A stretch of DNA of 64,000 nucleotides from an uncultured Gammaproteobacteria bacterium (lineage in GTDB: Bacteria > Pseudomonadota > Gammaproteobacteria > JACCXJ01). Made by a program: the position numbers and the translations under genes. Below are positions 63,010 through 64,000 of this stretch, in pieces (within the stretch, counting starts at the first letter, position 1; the number at the start of each line of letters is the position of its first letter). The notes beneath the pieces were generated by a model, which saw only the letters and a list, made by a program, of their open reading frames with translations, ran no database searches and was not told the origin of the DNA. The stretch is from positions 1 to 64,000 of the forward strand of contig CAVXTM010000007.1 of the NCBI GenBank assembly GCA_963764725.1, read 5' to 3'.

Positions 63010-63139
63010 ACGGGGCGCGAGTCGAGGCGGACAAGTTATCGACGTATTCTCGATATTTCCCTGGGCGGACTATTGGTTGCATCCCCTCATTTGCTAAGAT
63101 GCGCTTTGCCGGGAGCGCCCCCGCGCCGTTGGAGTGAGT

Positions 63140-64000
63140 ATGGATTCTCTCCGCCTAGTTGCTGCAACCCTTATCGTGAGCTTGTGGCTCGTGGCCTGCG
63201 GAGAAGACCGTACCGCGCCTCAGCCCACCGTGCTGCGATTCGGCTACGACAACTGGCCCGGGTATTACCCGGCCCTCATTGCCGCGGAGGAAGGATTTTT
63301 CGCCGAACAAGGCGTACGCGTTGAGTGTACCAAACACGACAATAGCGACGCGTTGTTAGCAGACTTCGCGGCCGGCCGCTACGATGCGGTCGGTATTTCG
63401 CTTGGCGACATTGTTAATCTTTACCTCGTGATTCCCGACATCCGAGTTATTTTAGTCACCAACATCTCGGATGGGGGCGATGCCGTGCTTGTCCGTGCCG
63501 ACATTCAATCGATCGAGCAGTTGAAAGGCAAGAACTTCGGCGTAAATCTGGGCAGCTTTGCGGAGTTGTTCGTGGTCACCGTGCTCGAGATACACGGTCT
63601 CTCACCGGCGGATCTCCGCCTCATTGATACCGATGCGGCGGAAATTCCGGCGAAATTGAAGAGCGGTGAGCTAGACGCGGGCCACACCTGGGAACCCTTC
63701 GTGAGTGAGGGACAAGCGGACGGCGCGCGCGTGCTATTTACCAGCACCGCGACCCCCGGCCTCATCCAAGACGTGGTCGCCGTGCGCGGGGAGGTAGCTC
63801 GCCGATACCCGAACGCGCTCCGGGCCTTCATCAAGGGTTGGTTTAAGGCCGTGGATCACTGGAAGGCGCACCCGGCTCGGGGAAATGCCGTGGCCGCAAT
63901 GGTTCTCAACGTGGAGCCGACAACGATCTCTCTGCAGGGCATGCGGTTAACGACTCTCGCGGACAACCTCGCGCTGTTCAGGCCAGGCGAGACGACGGCC
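63140..64000 (+). CDS. ABC substrate-binding lipoprotein (SsuA/THI5/NitT type), runs off window
   Basis: Not in the ORF track (no stop). Reads MDSLRLVAATLIVSLWLVAC (lipobox), WPGYYP..IA.EEGFF, SDGGDA, LKGK and TWEPF. Confidence 0.88.
   Translation, partial: MDSLRLVAATLIVSLWLVACGEDRTAPQPTVLRFGYDNWPGYYPALIAAEEGFFAEQGVRVECTKHDNSDALLADFAAGRYDAVGISLGDIVNLYLVIPDIRVILVTNISDGGDAVLVRADIQSIEQLKGKNFGVNLGSFAELFVVTVLEIHGLSPADLRLIDTDAAEIPAKLKSGELDAGHTWEPFVSEGQADGARVLFTSTATPGLIQDVVAVRGEVARRYPNALRAFIKGWFKAVDHWKAHPARGNAVAAMVLNVEPTTISLQGMRLTTLADNLALFRPGETTA

Overview
Bacterial chromosomal window, GC-rich and most likely a gammaproteobacterium (cysS/gltX/lpxH, recJ, birA-coaX-SPOR, glmS, GlrR-type regulator). 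Housekeeping genes are interrupted by accessory blocks. (1) A decayed defence island at 4.0-8.6 kb holds an hsdR remnant, a C-terminally truncated Sir2-APAZ (SPARSA-type effector) with no Argonaute, a truncated metallophosphatase and an intact ISL3. (2) A block of small envelope/stress genes ends at an IS91/ISCR remnant. (3) The most striking block, 41-50 kb, is a lipid cluster: inositol-3-P synthase, PIP-synthase-type CDP-alcohol transferase, PIG-A/Thermococcales-like GT4, NodB-type deacetylase, MprF, EamA, and NodS-like and FkbM methyltransferases. It could make a glucosaminyl-phosphatidylinositol (GPI-core-like) cationic lipid. (4) The remainder carries a fused EutB-EutC, egtBD with a structured leader, an M15-SH3-GH19 wall hydrolase and an arsM-arsR unit. 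A ~115-nt three-hairpin repeat occurs four times with structure-preserving variation. Frameshifts in essential genes (cysS, gltX) show that the sequence carries indel errors, so single frameshifts are not treated as pseudogenes. All family assignments come from motif recognition by eye; no database search was run.
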